Of a stretch of 64,000 nucleotides of DNA, positions 40,022 to 50,645 are shown piece after piece. Under the pieces are notes generated by a model. The model had not been told where the DNA came from. It searched no databases and was given only the letters and a program-made list of their open reading frames with translations. Source of the stretch: Gemmatimonadota bacterium (GTDB lineage Bacteria > Gemmatimonadota > Gemmatimonadetes > Gemmatimonadales > GWC2-71-9); assembly GCA_036679605.1 (NCBI GenBank), contig JAZDCZ010000289.1:64001-128000 (forward strand), given 5' to 3'. Every line of letters starts with the position of its first letter. Within the stretch, counting starts at the first letter, position 1. The position numbers were made by a program, and so were the translations under genes.

Positions 40022-41260
40022 TCAACCATCTATGTATCGTGGCAGGTCCAGTATGAATCGAGCACCCTTCCCGGGCTGACTTTCCACGCTCAATTCACCA
40101 CCCAGTAACCGCGCTAGTTGGCGGGAAAGCGCTAGACCTAGGCCTGTGCCGCGTTCATGCTGGTCTCCCGCTCGTTCGAACGCCTCGAAAATCGAAGCCT
40201 GTACATCGCCGGCAATGCCCTCGCCCTGATCTACTACATCGAACCTTATCGATGACTTCTTCGCCCGAACCTGGACCGTAATCGGAGCGCCTTCTGGACT
40301 GTGCCGCACCGCGTTCGTGAGAAGGTTGATCAATATCTGCCGTATGCGCTGCGGATCCGTACGACACGGGACCGTGCCGTCCACTCCAATTGTCTCAATG
40401 GTGACGCTCTTACGCTCAGCGGATGGTTCGATGATTCGTAGGGCTTTACTCGCTATGTCGCTGGCATCTGTATCCCGCACTATCGGACGTAACTTGTCGG
40501 CGTCAATCCTGCTGAGGTCCAGTAGATCCTCCAACAGGGCCAATGTGTGTTCAGCGCATTCGTGCACCTCCAGGGCCGCCCGGGGGGCCGAGTCACCTGT
40601 CTTCCGGACCCAAAGATCCGCCCAACCATATACGGCAGTTAGGGCGTTTCGCAGCTCGTGATTTACCGTGGCGAAGAATCGCTCTCTAGAGGCCTGCAGT
40701 TCTTTCAGCTCGGACAGGAGGTGTTCCTCGTGCTCGTACAGTCGAGCATTCTCTACTGCTACGGCAGCATGTCCTGCCAGGATGACCGCCACCGCTTCAT
40801 CTTCTGCACTGAACTCCCGAGCACCGACTCTATCGGTGAGGTAGAGGTTGCCCAGTGGCCCCGCACGCCCCATGATCGGAACGCCAAGAAAGGAGCGCAT
40901 GTTAGGGTGATGCGCCGGGAAGCCAACGGCTGCTTTGTGGGTTGAAATGTCGGCGATCCTAAGTGGCTTTGGATCAGCGATCAGAAGTCCGAGTACACCC
41001 TTTCCCTCGGGTGGACTGCCGATTGCGGCGTGCAACTCGGGTCCCACCCCGCTAGTGACGAATCTGTCTACCTCTCGCCCTCCCTCGCGGAGCACGCCGA
41101 GCGCCGCGTATGTAGCACCGATCACCTCTCGCGCCGCATCGGTGATTTCTTGCAGAACAGCGTCTACCTCATGTACTGCGGAGATCCGGATAGCCGCAGC
41201 ACTCAGTTTTTCGATTCGTGACCACAGGCGTTTGGGGCCGTCGGACGGTTGAGAGATCAT
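40022..41260 (-). CDS. GAF-domain cytoplasmic sensor histidine kinase
   Basis: DosS-like GAF (GFPAHHPNMRSFLGVPI), NHELRN, GTGLGL. Confidence 0.9.
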   Translation of the reverse strand: MISQPSDGPKRLWSRIEKLSAAAIRISAVHEVDAVLQEITDAAREVIGATYAALGVLREGGREVDRFVTSGVGPELHAAIGSPPEGKGVLGLLIADPKPLRIADISTHKAAVGFPAHHPNMRSFLGVPIMGRAGPLGNLYLTDRVGAREFSAEDEAVAVILAGHAAVAVENARLYEHEEHLLSELKELQASRERFFATVNHELRNALTAVYGWADLWVRKTGDSAPRAALEVHECAEHTLALLEDLLDLSRIDADKLRPIVRDTDASDIASKALRIIEPSAERKSVTIETIGVDGTVPCRTDPQRIRQILINLLTNAVRHSPEGAPITVQVRAKKSSIRFDVVDQGEGIAGDVQASIFEAFERAGDQHERGTGLGLALSRQLARLLGGELSVESQPGKGARFILDLPRYIDG

Positions 41261-41340
41261 GGGCTCAAACTATAGATCCCTGCGGCATTGAGCTAGTCAC
41301 GGGAGCCATCGCCGTGTCCATGCCTAGGCTGATCAGCTGC

Positions 41341-42870
41341 TCAGTTTGGATTCTGTAGAATGTGAATCGATCGAATTCTTGATCCGCGCCCCTCTGATGG
41401 AGCTTTTGCGCGCCGTTGTTGTGCGAGAGTGACGGCCCCTGTAATAAGGAAACCGGCACCCAGCAAAAAGATGGATCCTGGTGGTACGACGAGCTGATGG
41501 ACAGTCGTGGTCACGCCTAGCCCGAGAATAGCAAGACCAGTGAAGACCTCTAGAAGCGCGGTGCCCAACCGCGAGATCCGGTATGATGCACCGAGCCAGG
41601 TCTTGTCGCCCGCGTCTGAATGGTGGTACTTGGGCGTTCGGAGGAACGGAGTGGGGCGGCGCGTCAATCCGCGCACTATGGCAGTCGTTTGACTGAGTGC
41701 AAGACCCGCTCCCAGCACCATGATGGCGGGGATAATTCCCAGCTTTTTCCACCAACTCCGTGGCCACCGGGCCTTGAGCGGCAGTCCATAGAAAAACGCA
41801 AGAGATACCGTAGCGAAGGTCAGAAGAAGGCCGTCGACTAGGAACAGCCAATCTCTGTACTGAGGAGCGCCCAGCAAGGCAGCCGAAAGACCTGCGAGCG
41901 CCAGAACCACAAAAGCAGCGTAGGAGAGGTGGCCGGTCAGATGCCACAACGCCTCCAGTTTGACCCGGGGGGGTAACGGCGTTGCCAGGAGGCGTGGCAG
42001 AATCTTGAAGGCGCATTCCACACTGCCCTGCGCCCATCGTTGTTGCTGCAGACGATATGCCGCCAGCTCGACCGGAAGTTCGGCCGGGGCCGTGACGTCA
42101 TCCCGATAGACAAACCTCCAACCTGCCATCTGGGCGCGGTAGCTGAGATCCACATCCTCTGTCAGCGTGTCGGCATGCCAACCGCCGGATGTCTCGATTG
42201 CCACTCGACGCCAAATACCTGCCGTGCCGTTGAAGTTGAAGAAACATCCTGTAGTTGCCCGCACACCGTGCTCAATTCTGAAATGAGCGTCCAGTTGCAA
42301 AGCTTGAACTTCAGTCAGGAGGGACATGTCTCGATTGATGTGTTCCCACCGGGCCTGAACCATGCCAACTGCGGGATCGTCGAATTCTCCAACCAGCTGT
42401 AGCAAGAACTGTTGCGGTGGAACGAAGTCGGCGTCGAATACTGCTATTAGGTCACCACGCGCTTTGGTAAGTCCATGCGCCAACGCGCCTGCCTTGAATC
42501 CCTCACGGGTTTTCCGTCGCAGATGGTGCACGCGGATTCCGTCCGCTCGGAGCTGCCCTATAGCTTGAGCCACCTTCTTAGGAGTTTCGTCTGTTGAGTC
42601 GTCCAACACCTGTATTTCCAGCAACGACGGCGGATAATCGAGTGCGCCTGCCGCCATAACGGCTCTCGTAGCCACGTAGCGCTCATTGTAGAGAGGTATC
42701 TGCACGGTCACGGATGGCAAATGTGTCGGACGGCTCGTCTCTCTCTTGGCTGCTGGCTCGACATGTCGTATGTAGCGGACCGCTAGGCTGAGTCGGTGGC
42801 AACCGTATGCAACCAATATCACGGAAGCCATAAGGTGGAGAGTGAGTAGGACCAGGGCCGCTAGCGTCAA
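41341..42870 (-). CDS. GT2 glycosyltransferase (cellulose-synthase-like)
   Basis: QIPLYNE, DDS, KAG, FDAD, TED, QQQRW. Probable TTG start at 42870. Confidence 0.9.
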   Translation of the reverse strand: MTLAALVLLTLHLMASVILVAYGCHRLSLAVRYIRHVEPAAKRETSRPTHLPSVTVQIPLYNERYVATRAVMAAGALDYPPSLLEIQVLDDSTDETPKKVAQAIGQLRADGIRVHHLRRKTREGFKAGALAHGLTKARGDLIAVFDADFVPPQQFLLQLVGEFDDPAVGMVQARWEHINRDMSLLTEVQALQLDAHFRIEHGVRATTGCFFNFNGTAGIWRRVAIETSGGWHADTLTEDVDLSYRAQMAGWRFVYRDDVTAPAELPVELAAYRLQQQRWAQGSVECAFKILPRLLATPLPPRVKLEALWHLTGHLSYAAFVVLALAGLSAALLGAPQYRDWLFLVDGLLLTFATVSLAFFYGLPLKARWPRSWWKKLGIIPAIMVLGAGLALSQTTAIVRGLTRRPTPFLRTPKYHHSDAGDKTWLGASYRISRLGTALLEVFTGLAILGLGVTTTVHQLVVPPGSIFLLGAGFLITGAVTLAQQRRAKAPSEGRGSRIRSIHILQNPN

Positions 42871-42871
42871 G

Positions 42872-43339
42872 TTACAATGCGGGAATGGACAGAGGGGCGG
42901 TTGGTTCTCCGCGTGCAATGGCAACGATACCGTCACAACGACCGCAGACAACACCCCGTTCGTCCCGGAGTTCGGCGCTGGCAAAGATGAGCGACCGTCC
43001 GGCCCGTGTTGTTTGTCCTTTAACCTCTATCCTGTTGCCGTTAACGGGCTGCATAAACTGGATGTTGAGCTGAGCGACGCCCACCCGCTGGCCAATCGCG
43101 TGCATGTAACCGGTCAAGCCGATCACGAGGTCAAACAACCCGGCCATTACCCCACCGTTGACCGCATCTGTACCGAGCCCCCCTCGGTGCTGCGGGAGAA
43201 TAGGATCGATGACAGCGCACACGATTCCCTCGGTGGAAAGGTCGAGGTGAGCGCCAAGGCTGCGCAAACCGGGGTGATCGTTCCATTCCGCTTGGAATTT
43301 CTCAAGTTGGCCAGGGGAAAGCTCAGAATGCAATGACAT
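42872..43339 (-). CDS. PaaI-family hotdog thioesterase
   Basis: VNGGVMAGLFD, AGRSLIF. Confidence 0.85.
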   Translation of the reverse strand: MSLHSELSPGQLEKFQAEWNDHPGLRSLGAHLDLSTEGIVCAVIDPILPQHRGGLGTDAVNGGVMAGLFDLVIGLTGYMHAIGQRVGVAQLNIQFMQPVNGNRIEVKGQTTRAGRSLIFASAELRDERGVVCGRCDGIVAIARGEPTAPLSIPAL

Positions 43340-43599
43340 GATTGGTTCGCACAAGCACACTCATGATAGGTAGATACAGATTGAGAACAAGAAAAGCTTC
43401 CGTAAAGATCCGTACTAATGAGAAAGTCTTCGCGGAAGATCAGACTGAAAAGTAACCCAATGGTCAGACTCCCATCACACGCACCCACGGACGGGCCCGG
43501 GCTTCCAGCGTTGACGTCCGGCTCTGGACGCCACCCTCTTAACGCTGATACATTTGGGACGTCATTCTAAGAGGAACGTAATCCAAAGGTGGGGCGGGA

Positions 43600-44247
43600 A
43601 TGAACAGATTGACTGCTATCACGTTGACAGGCCTACTCTTAGCTGGCTGCAGCGATCAATCCGGTACTGTTGCGCCTGAGGCAGCAGACTTAGGGGCAGC
43701 ATCCGAGCTGGAGCTGGCCGCGAGCCTGACGTCCGAGGTAGCGCAGGCGACCCGATCTGATGGTGGACCGGAAAACCTCGTGAGGCGGTTGATCCAGGGC
43801 GTACGAGAGAATGGTGACGACCTAGCCCACCGAATGCTGCGACAATCTGCCGTCCTGCGGGATTCCGCCCGAGCCGAGCTTGAGGCTGGGAATGAAGAGG
43901 CGGCGAGGAGGCTAGGACAGCAGTCCTATGGGCTACTTCTCGGAGCCATAGTGCGCACATTCCCCAATTCACCTGCCCGTGTCGGGAACATCGTTGACGA
44001 CATTCTGACGCATATGAGGGAGAGATTGGGGGATCGTGAGGCGCCTCGGATTCGGAAGATCCTCCGGCATGTTGCAGAGCTGCGAAGGCACGCTAACCAG
44101 GCTTTGGACGCCGGTCGCCTGAATGCTGCTCTGGGAACGAACTTGACGGCGCTCAGAGTCTTGCAGCGACTGGTGCACCATGTGACGAACGGTACGGATG
44201 ACGCCGAAGATAGCGCGCGCGATGCCTTCGGCAGTTTGTCGGGATAG
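43600..44247 (+). CDS. Hypothetical helical lipoprotein
   Basis: Lipobox LAGC. Confidence 0.75.
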   Translation: MNRLTAITLTGLLLAGCSDQSGTVAPEAADLGAASELELAASLTSEVAQATRSDGGPENLVRRLIQGVRENGDDLAHRMLRQSAVLRDSARAELEAGNEEAARRLGQQSYGLLLGAIVRTFPNSPARVGNIVDDILTHMRERLGDREAPRIRKILRHVAELRRHANQALDAGRLNAALGTNLTALRVLQRLVHHVTNGTDDAEDSARDAFGSLSG

Positions 44248-44372
44248 CAAGCAACTCCACACAAGACCTTTATGATTTCCCCTCCGGCTGTTAGAGAACG
44301 AAGTCGGAGGGGTTTGACATATCCTGTACCCCGTGGCCATGTTCCCCCTCCCCTTTTCAGGAGGTGTGGCGC

Positions 44373-46466
44373 ATGCGTGTCTATACGGCCGACGCAATCC
44401 GGAACGTTGCGGTAGTTGGCCACGGTGCCAGTGGTAAAACCACCCTAGTAGACGCCCTATCATTTGTGGCCGGCAGCAGCAAGCGGCACGGTTCCGTTCC
44501 CGACGGAACTGCTCTCACTGACTACACTTCAGACGAAATCGAACGGCAGTACTCCATCAATTTGGCACTGGCATACGCCGAGTGGCGGGATACCAAAATC
44601 AATCTCATCGACGCTCCGGGTTACTTGGATTTTACTGGTGATGCGATGGCGTCGATCTACGCCGCGGACGCAGCCTTGATGGTTGTGGGTGGGGCGTCTG
44701 GAGTTGAGGTGGGCACGGAGAAGGTGTGGGAGTATGCAGCTCAGCGGGAGATACCGCGGATGTTTTTCGTCTCGATGCTGGATAAGGAGCACGCTGATTT
44801 CGAGACCGTTTACCGTGACATCAAAGAGCACATTACGGCGAACGTGATTCCAATTGAAATACCGGTTGGAGAAGGGCCTGATTTTCATGGAATCGTCAAT
44901 CTGTTCTCGAAGAAGTGCCACATGTACAAGAAGGGCACCAAGACTGGAGAATACGACGAAGTCGATGTACCCGACGAATTCACCGAGCGCTTCGACCAGT
45001 ACTCGAAGGAACTAATCGAGACCATCGCGACCACCGACGATGCGCTCTTGGAGCGCTACTTCGACGGTGAGGAGATCACTCGTGAAGAGGCTATCACGGC
45101 GTTGAAGATCGGGATGCTGAAGGGCGAATTGTTCCCACTGCTTTGTGGCTCGGCACACCTCACATACGGTATGCGCGCGCTGCTTTCCAAGCTGGTTGAG
45201 TTGGCACCCTCTCCGAAGGACCGACCGGCGGTCGCTGCAAAGATCTGGGGATCAGCAGCCGACATCTCAATAGAGACACGCGATGACGGCCCGTTTGTGG
45301 CGCAAGTATTTAAGACGGTCTCCGAGCCTCACGTGGGCGACGTATCGCTTTTCAGAATTTATTCCGGTAGCATCGGAAATGGGGCCGATGTGTACAACGC
45401 TCCGAGGGAGACACAAGAGAAGCTCAATCATCTATCAGTGGCGTTGGGTAGGGAACGGACCGAGATACCTGAGCTACACGCCGGGGATATTGGCGTCGTG
45501 GCCAAGTTGAGGGACACACATACCAACGACACCCTGTCCCTTCGCGGAACTCCGGTTGCCTTGTCGAAGATCCCGTTTCCTGACCCACTCATAGTGCTGG
45601 CGGTTGACGTGACCAAGCGCGGTGAGGAGGACAAGCTGTCAACGGGTCTCCAAAAACTTCACGACGAAGATCCGACCTTCAACTATGAATACGATAGTGA
45701 GCTACGCCAAACTCTGATAAGTGGTCGGGGCGAACGGCATCTGGAGGTCGTGGTCAAGCGCCTCGAGCGGAAATTCGGAGTGCATGCGGAGCTAAAACGA
45801 CCACAGGTAGCCTATCGAGAAACCTTCAAGAAAAAAGGGGAAGGACAAGGCAAGCACAGAAAGCAATCCGGCGGCAGAGGCCAGTATGGAGATTGCTGGA
45901 TTAGAATAACTCCCATGCCTGGTGGGTCGGGTTACGAATTTGTAAACAAGATAGTCGGAGGTGCTATTCCGTCGAAGTATATCCCAGCGGTAGACAAGGG
46001 AGTCCAAGAGGCGGCGGTGCGGGGGGTGATTGCCGGAAATCGGGTCGTGGACTTCAAAGTGGAATGCTTTGATGGGAGCTACCATAATGTGGATAGCAGC
46101 GAGCAATCGTTCAAGATGGCTGGGATACAGGCGTTCAGGACGGTAGCGGCTGCGTGTAAGCCGGTGATTCTTGAACCGATACACGAGGTAGAGGTGTGGA
46201 CTCCAGAGGAACATTTGGGCGATGTCATGGGAGATCTGTCGTCCCGCAGAGGACAGATTCTCGGGACAGAACCAGATAAACGTCTCACTAGGGTGAAAGC
46301 ACTGGTTCCAGAGGCGGAAATGTATCGTTACTCCACGCATCTACATTCGATGACGCATGGACGAGGCACCTTCCATTGGGAGTTCTCGAGCTATCAGGAA
46401 ATACCTTCTGACGTGGTGCAGAAAATCATTGCCGAACGGAAGAAAGCAGAGGAAGCCTCCAAGTAG
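44373..46466 (+). CDS. fusA2: Elongation factor G-like protein (EF-G2)
   Basis: GHGASGKTT, DAPG, KQSGGRGQYG, DGSYHNVDSS. G4 motif is degenerate (SMLD). Confidence 0.92.
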   Translation: MRVYTADAIRNVAVVGHGASGKTTLVDALSFVAGSSKRHGSVPDGTALTDYTSDEIERQYSINLALAYAEWRDTKINLIDAPGYLDFTGDAMASIYAADAALMVVGGASGVEVGTEKVWEYAAQREIPRMFFVSMLDKEHADFETVYRDIKEHITANVIPIEIPVGEGPDFHGIVNLFSKKCHMYKKGTKTGEYDEVDVPDEFTERFDQYSKELIETIATTDDALLERYFDGEEITREEAITALKIGMLKGELFPLLCGSAHLTYGMRALLSKLVELAPSPKDRPAVAAKIWGSAADISIETRDDGPFVAQVFKTVSEPHVGDVSLFRIYSGSIGNGADVYNAPRETQEKLNHLSVALGRERTEIPELHAGDIGVVAKLRDTHTNDTLSLRGTPVALSKIPFPDPLIVLAVDVTKRGEEDKLSTGLQKLHDEDPTFNYEYDSELRQTLISGRGERHLEVVVKRLERKFGVHAELKRPQVAYRETFKKKGEGQGKHRKQSGGRGQYGDCWIRITPMPGGSGYEFVNKIVGGAIPSKYIPAVDKGVQEAAVRGVIAGNRVVDFKVECFDGSYHNVDSSEQSFKMAGIQAFRTVAAACKPVILEPIHEVEVWTPEEHLGDVMGDLSSRRGQILGTEPDKRLTRVKALVPEAEMYRYSTHLHSMTHGRGTFHWEFSSYQEIPSDVVQKIIAERKKAEEASK

Positions 46467-46482
46467 ACCCACAGATTGACCG

Positions 46483-46974
46483 CTACTCGTCGATTCGCTC
46501 GTAGAGCCGGAAGCTATACGGGTACCGATGTTTGTCGTCGGGCTCGTGACGATTGTCGTGCGCAAGCGTCCAGCAGGATGGATCGATTTCGGGAAAGAAC
46601 GTGTCCCCATCGAACTCGGAATGTACCAACGTCAGGTATATGCGGTCGGCGAGAGGTAACGCTATCCGATAGATATCTCCACCACCAACTACGAAAACCT
46701 CTTCTTCTTCTGCAGTTAGTTGAAATGCCTGTTCAAGGCTGGTACTCGTTTCCACTCCTTTGCATTCATAATGAGCGTTTCGGGTCACGACAATGGTTCT
46801 TCGGTCTGGGAGTGCTCGTCCGACAGAATCGAGCGTCTTGCGTCCCATGAGAATTGTGTGACCGGTGGTGAGTTGTTTGAAGTACTTGAGGTCCGCAGGA
46901 AGGTGCCATGGCAGAGCCCCATCCTTACCGATGACTCTGTTTTCTGACATGGCTGCAACCAATGAGACGATTAT
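46483..46974 (-). CDS. folA: Dihydrofolate reductase (probable ATA start overlapping the thyA stop)
   Basis: IG..G.LPW..P.DL..FK, MGRKT, LP.R, GGG, GDTFFP. Frame extends to ATA-ATC-GTC-TCA. Confidence 0.93.
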   Translation of the reverse strand: MIVSLVAAMSENRVIGKDGALPWHLPADLKYFKQLTTGHTILMGRKTLDSVGRALPDRRTIVVTRNAHYECKGVETSTSLEQAFQLTAEEEEVFVVGGGDIYRIALPLADRIYLTLVHSEFDGDTFFPEIDPSCWTLAHDNRHEPDDKHRYPYSFRLYERIDE

Positions 46975-47768
46975 ATGGCCACCTTGGCGGGGATGTGGGG
47001 ATGAGGGTCGTAACCTACCAACTCAAAATCCTCGAACTGGAAATCGAATATCGATTTTGAATCTCCCCCCTTGAGATTCATGGTTGGTAATCGCCTGGGC
47101 TCGCGGTCGAGCTGCAGCCTGGCTTGCTCCAGGTGGTTCAAGTACAGATGAGTGTCTCCCAGTACGTGAATGAATTCACCCGGCTGCAGATTGGTTACCT
47201 GTGCCAACATGAGGGTGAGCAGTGAGTATGATGCGATATTAAAGGGCACTCCAAGAAACAGGTCGGCGCTGCGCTGATAAAGTTGACACGAAAGTTTGTC
47301 GTCCCGTACGTAGAATTGAAACAGGGTATGGCAGGGAGGCAATGCCATATCCGGAATTTGCGCCACGTTCCAAGCGCTGACGATAAGGCGGCGTGAATCC
47401 GGCCGTTCACGAATCTGCTCTACAACTTGTTGAATCTGGTCGACATGTCGGCCTTCTTGTGTCGGCCAAGATCGCCATTGATAGCCGTATATCGGACCCA
47501 AATCTCCGTTTTCATCAGCCCACTCATCCCAGATCTTGACACCGTGATCGTTGAGGTACTGAACGTTGGTGTCACCGCTGAGAAACCAGAGAAGCTCGTA
47601 GATGATGGATCGAATGTGAAGCTTCTTGGTTGTGAGCAAGGGGAAGCCAGCGGCTAGGTCGAACCGTATCTGGTTGCCGAAGGTACTTATTGTCCCGGTG
47701 CCCGTACGGTCCTGCTTGGAACCGCCGTTGTCGAGCACGTGCCGCACCAGTTCGAGGTACTGCCTCAT
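46971..47768 (-). CDS. thyA: Thymidylate synthase
   Basis: [26 protein letters not shown]. Confidence 0.97.
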   Translation of the reverse strand: MRQYLELVRHVLDNGGSKQDRTGTGTISTFGNQIRFDLAAGFPLLTTKKLHIRSIIYELLWFLSGDTNVQYLNDHGVKIWDEWADENGDLGPIYGYQWRSWPTQEGRHVDQIQQVVEQIRERPDSRRLIVSAWNVAQIPDMALPPCHTLFQFYVRDDKLSCQLYQRSADLFLGVPFNIASYSLLTLMLAQVTNLQPGEFIHVLGDTHLYLNHLEQARLQLDREPRRLPTMNLKGGDSKSIFDFQFEDFELVGYDPHPHIPAKVAI

Positions 47769-47843
47769 GCAGCGCCGCCGTGCATACACCGACCCCGATA
47801 ACTCTCTTGTTCTTGCAGTGCCATTGGATCCTCACACTGTACG

Positions 47844-48317
47844 TCAAAAACTCGATCGCAAAGCATCTAGAACTCGCAGGAGAATCGCCTGGGCTGGATG
47901 GTCCGATGGCACAGCCGCCTCTTTCTCCCGCATTGGCAATGACGGATCTACCGAAACGCGGTTTGTTGCTTCACCGACAACTGAGGTTACTCCATCTCGT
48001 ACTGCGTCAGCCCAGAATCGGAGGCGGACCAATCCCTCGGTATCCATGCTGTTGCCATCACCGCCGGCAAGGGTGGTTGCATTGAACCATTCTGTCTCAA
48101 CGAAACCTTCTCTCGGGCTGGTGACATGCAGTTCAAGTCCCTCGGCAATGAGCAATTCATTGAGTCGTCCGATCGCGCTATCGGGCGCCGTCTGTAGCGT
48201 ATCGACCTGCGCCTCTGGAAACGGCGCATAAAATGGCCGGACATCTGCGGCACCGCAGGCGGCAGCGACCGCTGCGGCGAGACAGTTAATGCTCGTGCGA
48301 AGGTGTGCCGGGCGAAT
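47844..48317 (-). CDS. Hypothetical lipoprotein needing a non-canonical start
   Basis: Frame is open upstream of TTG 48155 and encodes RPAHLRTSINCLAAAVAAA|CG. ATT at 48317 follows GGAGAG. Confidence 0.6.
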   Translation of the reverse strand: MRPAHLRTSINCLAAAVAAACGAADVRPFYAPFPEAQVDTLQTAPDSAIGRLNELLIAEGLELHVTSPREGFVETEWFNATTLAGGDGNSMDTEGLVRLRFWADAVRDGVTSVVGEATNRVSVDPSLPMREKEAAVPSDHPAQAILLRVLDALRSSF

Positions 48318-48879
48318 GAGAGTGCTCTCCGTTGCCGGTTGAGTCTGCGGTGACGGATTCTACCGGTTCGTCTTCATTGTCGTGCTCCTCACCAGGATCG
48401 TGAGTGTGACCTGTCGCACGTTCTGCCAACGCAGCGTCCAGAACATCGGTTGGAACACCGCCACCGTGCCGAAAGACGATAGTCCCGCCCACGTGGGCGG
48501 TCCAGAAGAGCAGGAGTGAGCCGAGCACGAGCGCGCCAATGTATGCCGGCCTTTCGCGCGAACCCATTCCCCTCCTTCGCAAGACTCGCCAGGCGGCAAG
48601 CAACCCGAAAACTACGGTGACCGTTATCGCCAGGGTTTCGTGGCGCTCCAATACCAAGTGAACGGTGCCGCCGTGCTCAATAGTGTCTTCTGCGCGCAAC
48701 CCGGAAATAAGCGCTAGAAGCGCCCCGCCGGCACCGGCAACCAGTGTCCAAAAGCCGGCTGCTCTGAGGGAATCCCGTTTCGTGAGGTTACCTGCGACCT
48801 CAAAGAACAGGGAGAAGATGAGCAGAACGACGGGCAGGTCGTTCAGGGCGGCGTGCAGTTCTGCCGGTGTCTGCCACAT
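48286..48879 (-). CDS. DUF2231-like membrane protein with a His/acidic tail
   Basis: Four TM helices, H..L..LP start, RHE, HVGGTIVFRHG, tail HSHSPGTPSHEH. Confidence 0.75.
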   Translation of the reverse strand: MWQTPAELHAALNDLPVVLLIFSLFFEVAGNLTKRDSLRAAGFWTLVAGAGGALLALISGLRAEDTIEHGGTVHLVLERHETLAITVTVVFGLLAAWRVLRRRGMGSRERPAYIGALVLGSLLLFWTAHVGGTIVFRHGGGVPTDVLDAALAERATGHTHDPGEEHDNEDEPVESVTADSTGNGEHSHSPGTPSHEH

Positions 48880-48881
48880 TA

Positions 48882-49769
48882 TCAGAGTCCCAGCTCCGTC
48901 ACCGCGGGAGGACTGGTAGAGTAGTCGTAGAAGCCTTTACCGGATTTCTTACCATGCATTCCTGCCAATACCATCCGCTTCAACAAGGGAGCTGGAGCGT
49001 ATCGTGCATCGCGATATTCGTCGAACATGATCTCAGCGATCTTGTATGTAGTGTCTAGGCCAACGAAATCTAGCAGCGTAAACGGGCCCATCGGGTGGCC
49101 GGTTCCCAGCACCATGCCCTTGTCGATATCGGGCACGGAGCCTACTCCGTGTTCTAGTGCCCGAATTGCGTCGAGCAGGTAGGGAACCAGCAGGAGATTT
49201 ACGATAAACCCCGAGTTGTCCTTCGCGGCGATCGGCTGCTTCTTGAGCGAACCTGCGAACTGCATCGCGCGCTCCATAGTTTCTGAACTCGTCGTCACGG
49301 TGCGCACGACTTCTACTAACTTCATTAGCGGTACTGGATTGAAGAAATGCAAGCCGACGAAGCGATCACCTCTTTGAGTTGCCGCCGCCATGGCCGCAAT
49401 GGTCAGGCTCGAAGTGTTGGAGGCGAAGATAGTATCCGATCCGCAGAGACCATCTAGTTCCTTCCAGAGAGCGTTCTTGATTTCTAGATCTTCAGTGACC
49501 GCTTCGATGACGATGTCTGCAATGCTGAGGTCGCCAGTGTTCGTCGTAAACGAGAGTCGGTCGAGGGTCGCAGCCTTTTCGTCTTCTGTTAGTTTCCCTT
49601 TTGCCACGAATTTGTCGAGCGACTTAACGACTGCGGCCTTCCCTTTTGCGTTCAGTTCGTCGCTGATTTCGCGTACGATGGTTCGGTATCCATTCTGGGC
49701 CGCCACTTGAGCGATTCCCCGTCCCATCAGGCCACAGCCCAACACGCCCACAGTTTTTATCTCAGTCAT
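48882..49769 (-). CDS. hbd: 3-hydroxybutyryl-CoA dehydrogenase
   Basis: GCGLMGRGIA, SNTSS, GLHFFNPVP, HPMGP. Confidence 0.93.
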   Translation of the reverse strand: MTEIKTVGVLGCGLMGRGIAQVAAQNGYRTIVREISDELNAKGKAAVVKSLDKFVAKGKLTEDEKAATLDRLSFTTNTGDLSIADIVIEAVTEDLEIKNALWKELDGLCGSDTIFASNTSSLTIAAMAAATQRGDRFVGLHFFNPVPLMKLVEVVRTVTTSSETMERAMQFAGSLKKQPIAAKDNSGFIVNLLLVPYLLDAIRALEHGVGSVPDIDKGMVLGTGHPMGPFTLLDFVGLDTTYKIAEIMFDEYRDARYAPAPLLKRMVLAGMHGKKSGKGFYDYSTSPPAVTELGL

Positions 49770-49793
49770 ATTTTCGTATCCAACTGTTTGAGT

Positions 49794-50633
49794 TCATCGG
49801 TTTATGCCACCGAGATTCTTCCGGATCTCGTCAGCTATCCGTCCCACTGCACTTGCGGTCGACTTGCTTGGCCGCCGCTTTGGCTCTAGTTCACCATGCT
49901 CCAGCCGATCAAGGACCTGCTCCAACGCCACACGCAGTTTGTCGACATGGGAGTGTCTGCTCCGCGCTATTGCCACGGAACCTGCCGGGCCCAGTAACGC
50001 CGGCACAATCGCGACCGGCACCATCACGCCCAGCACCAAAGCTATCCCTGCTGCTGCGACGCAGCCCGCCAGTAACATTCCGCTGCCCAAAAGATACTCG
50101 TTGAACGTGTTAGAAATATCTGCGGTCAGTTCAACGTAGCATTCTCGTTCATCGACCTCCATGATTCGGTCGCCCACTTCTCGTGTCCGAGCCAGCAGAT
50201 ACTTCTTTCCGCTGAAACCAAGTGAGCGCTGAAGCGATGCAAACGTTCCTTCCTTCCTCTCCCACGACGTTCGGTCAGGGAGCCTGCGTTTGATCTGGAG
50301 CAACTCGCCTTCGGAGAGCCACTTGTGAAGGGCTGCTGTCAAGGCCTCCGGCCGACCCGCAACTGTCCGCTGCGCAGTGATCCTACGAGGACCTATCAAC
50401 CACCCGAGCCGAGAAGTACTTCCCTTAACCAACGCTCGGCCTCTCTCCTCCTGGAGAGCCTTACGAAGATGAGACGCAGAAATACCGACATCATCGCCGA
50501 GCTGCATCAACTCGGCCTCGGTCAGATACTCTCCTATCTCCCGGTCCTTTGTCTGCAACTCCGCGGCGCGTTGTATGATTCGCTCCAACGCATCTCGGTC
50601 GATGCGATCGCCCGATCGTACTATGTCGTTCAT
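49794..50633 (-). CDS. Hypothetical membrane protein
   Basis: ERIIQRAAELQ N-terminal helix and two TM helices. Confidence 0.75.
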   Translation of the reverse strand: MNDIVRSGDRIDRDALERIIQRAAELQTKDREIGEYLTEAELMQLGDDVGISASHLRKALQEERGRALVKGSTSRLGWLIGPRRITAQRTVAGRPEALTAALHKWLSEGELLQIKRRLPDRTSWERKEGTFASLQRSLGFSGKKYLLARTREVGDRIMEVDERECYVELTADISNTFNEYLLGSGMLLAGCVAAAGIALVLGVMVPVAIVPALLGPAGSVAIARSRHSHVDKLRVALEQVLDRLEHGELEPKRRPSKSTASAVGRIADEIRKNLGGINR

Positions 50634-50645
50634 TGCGTCCGTCAG

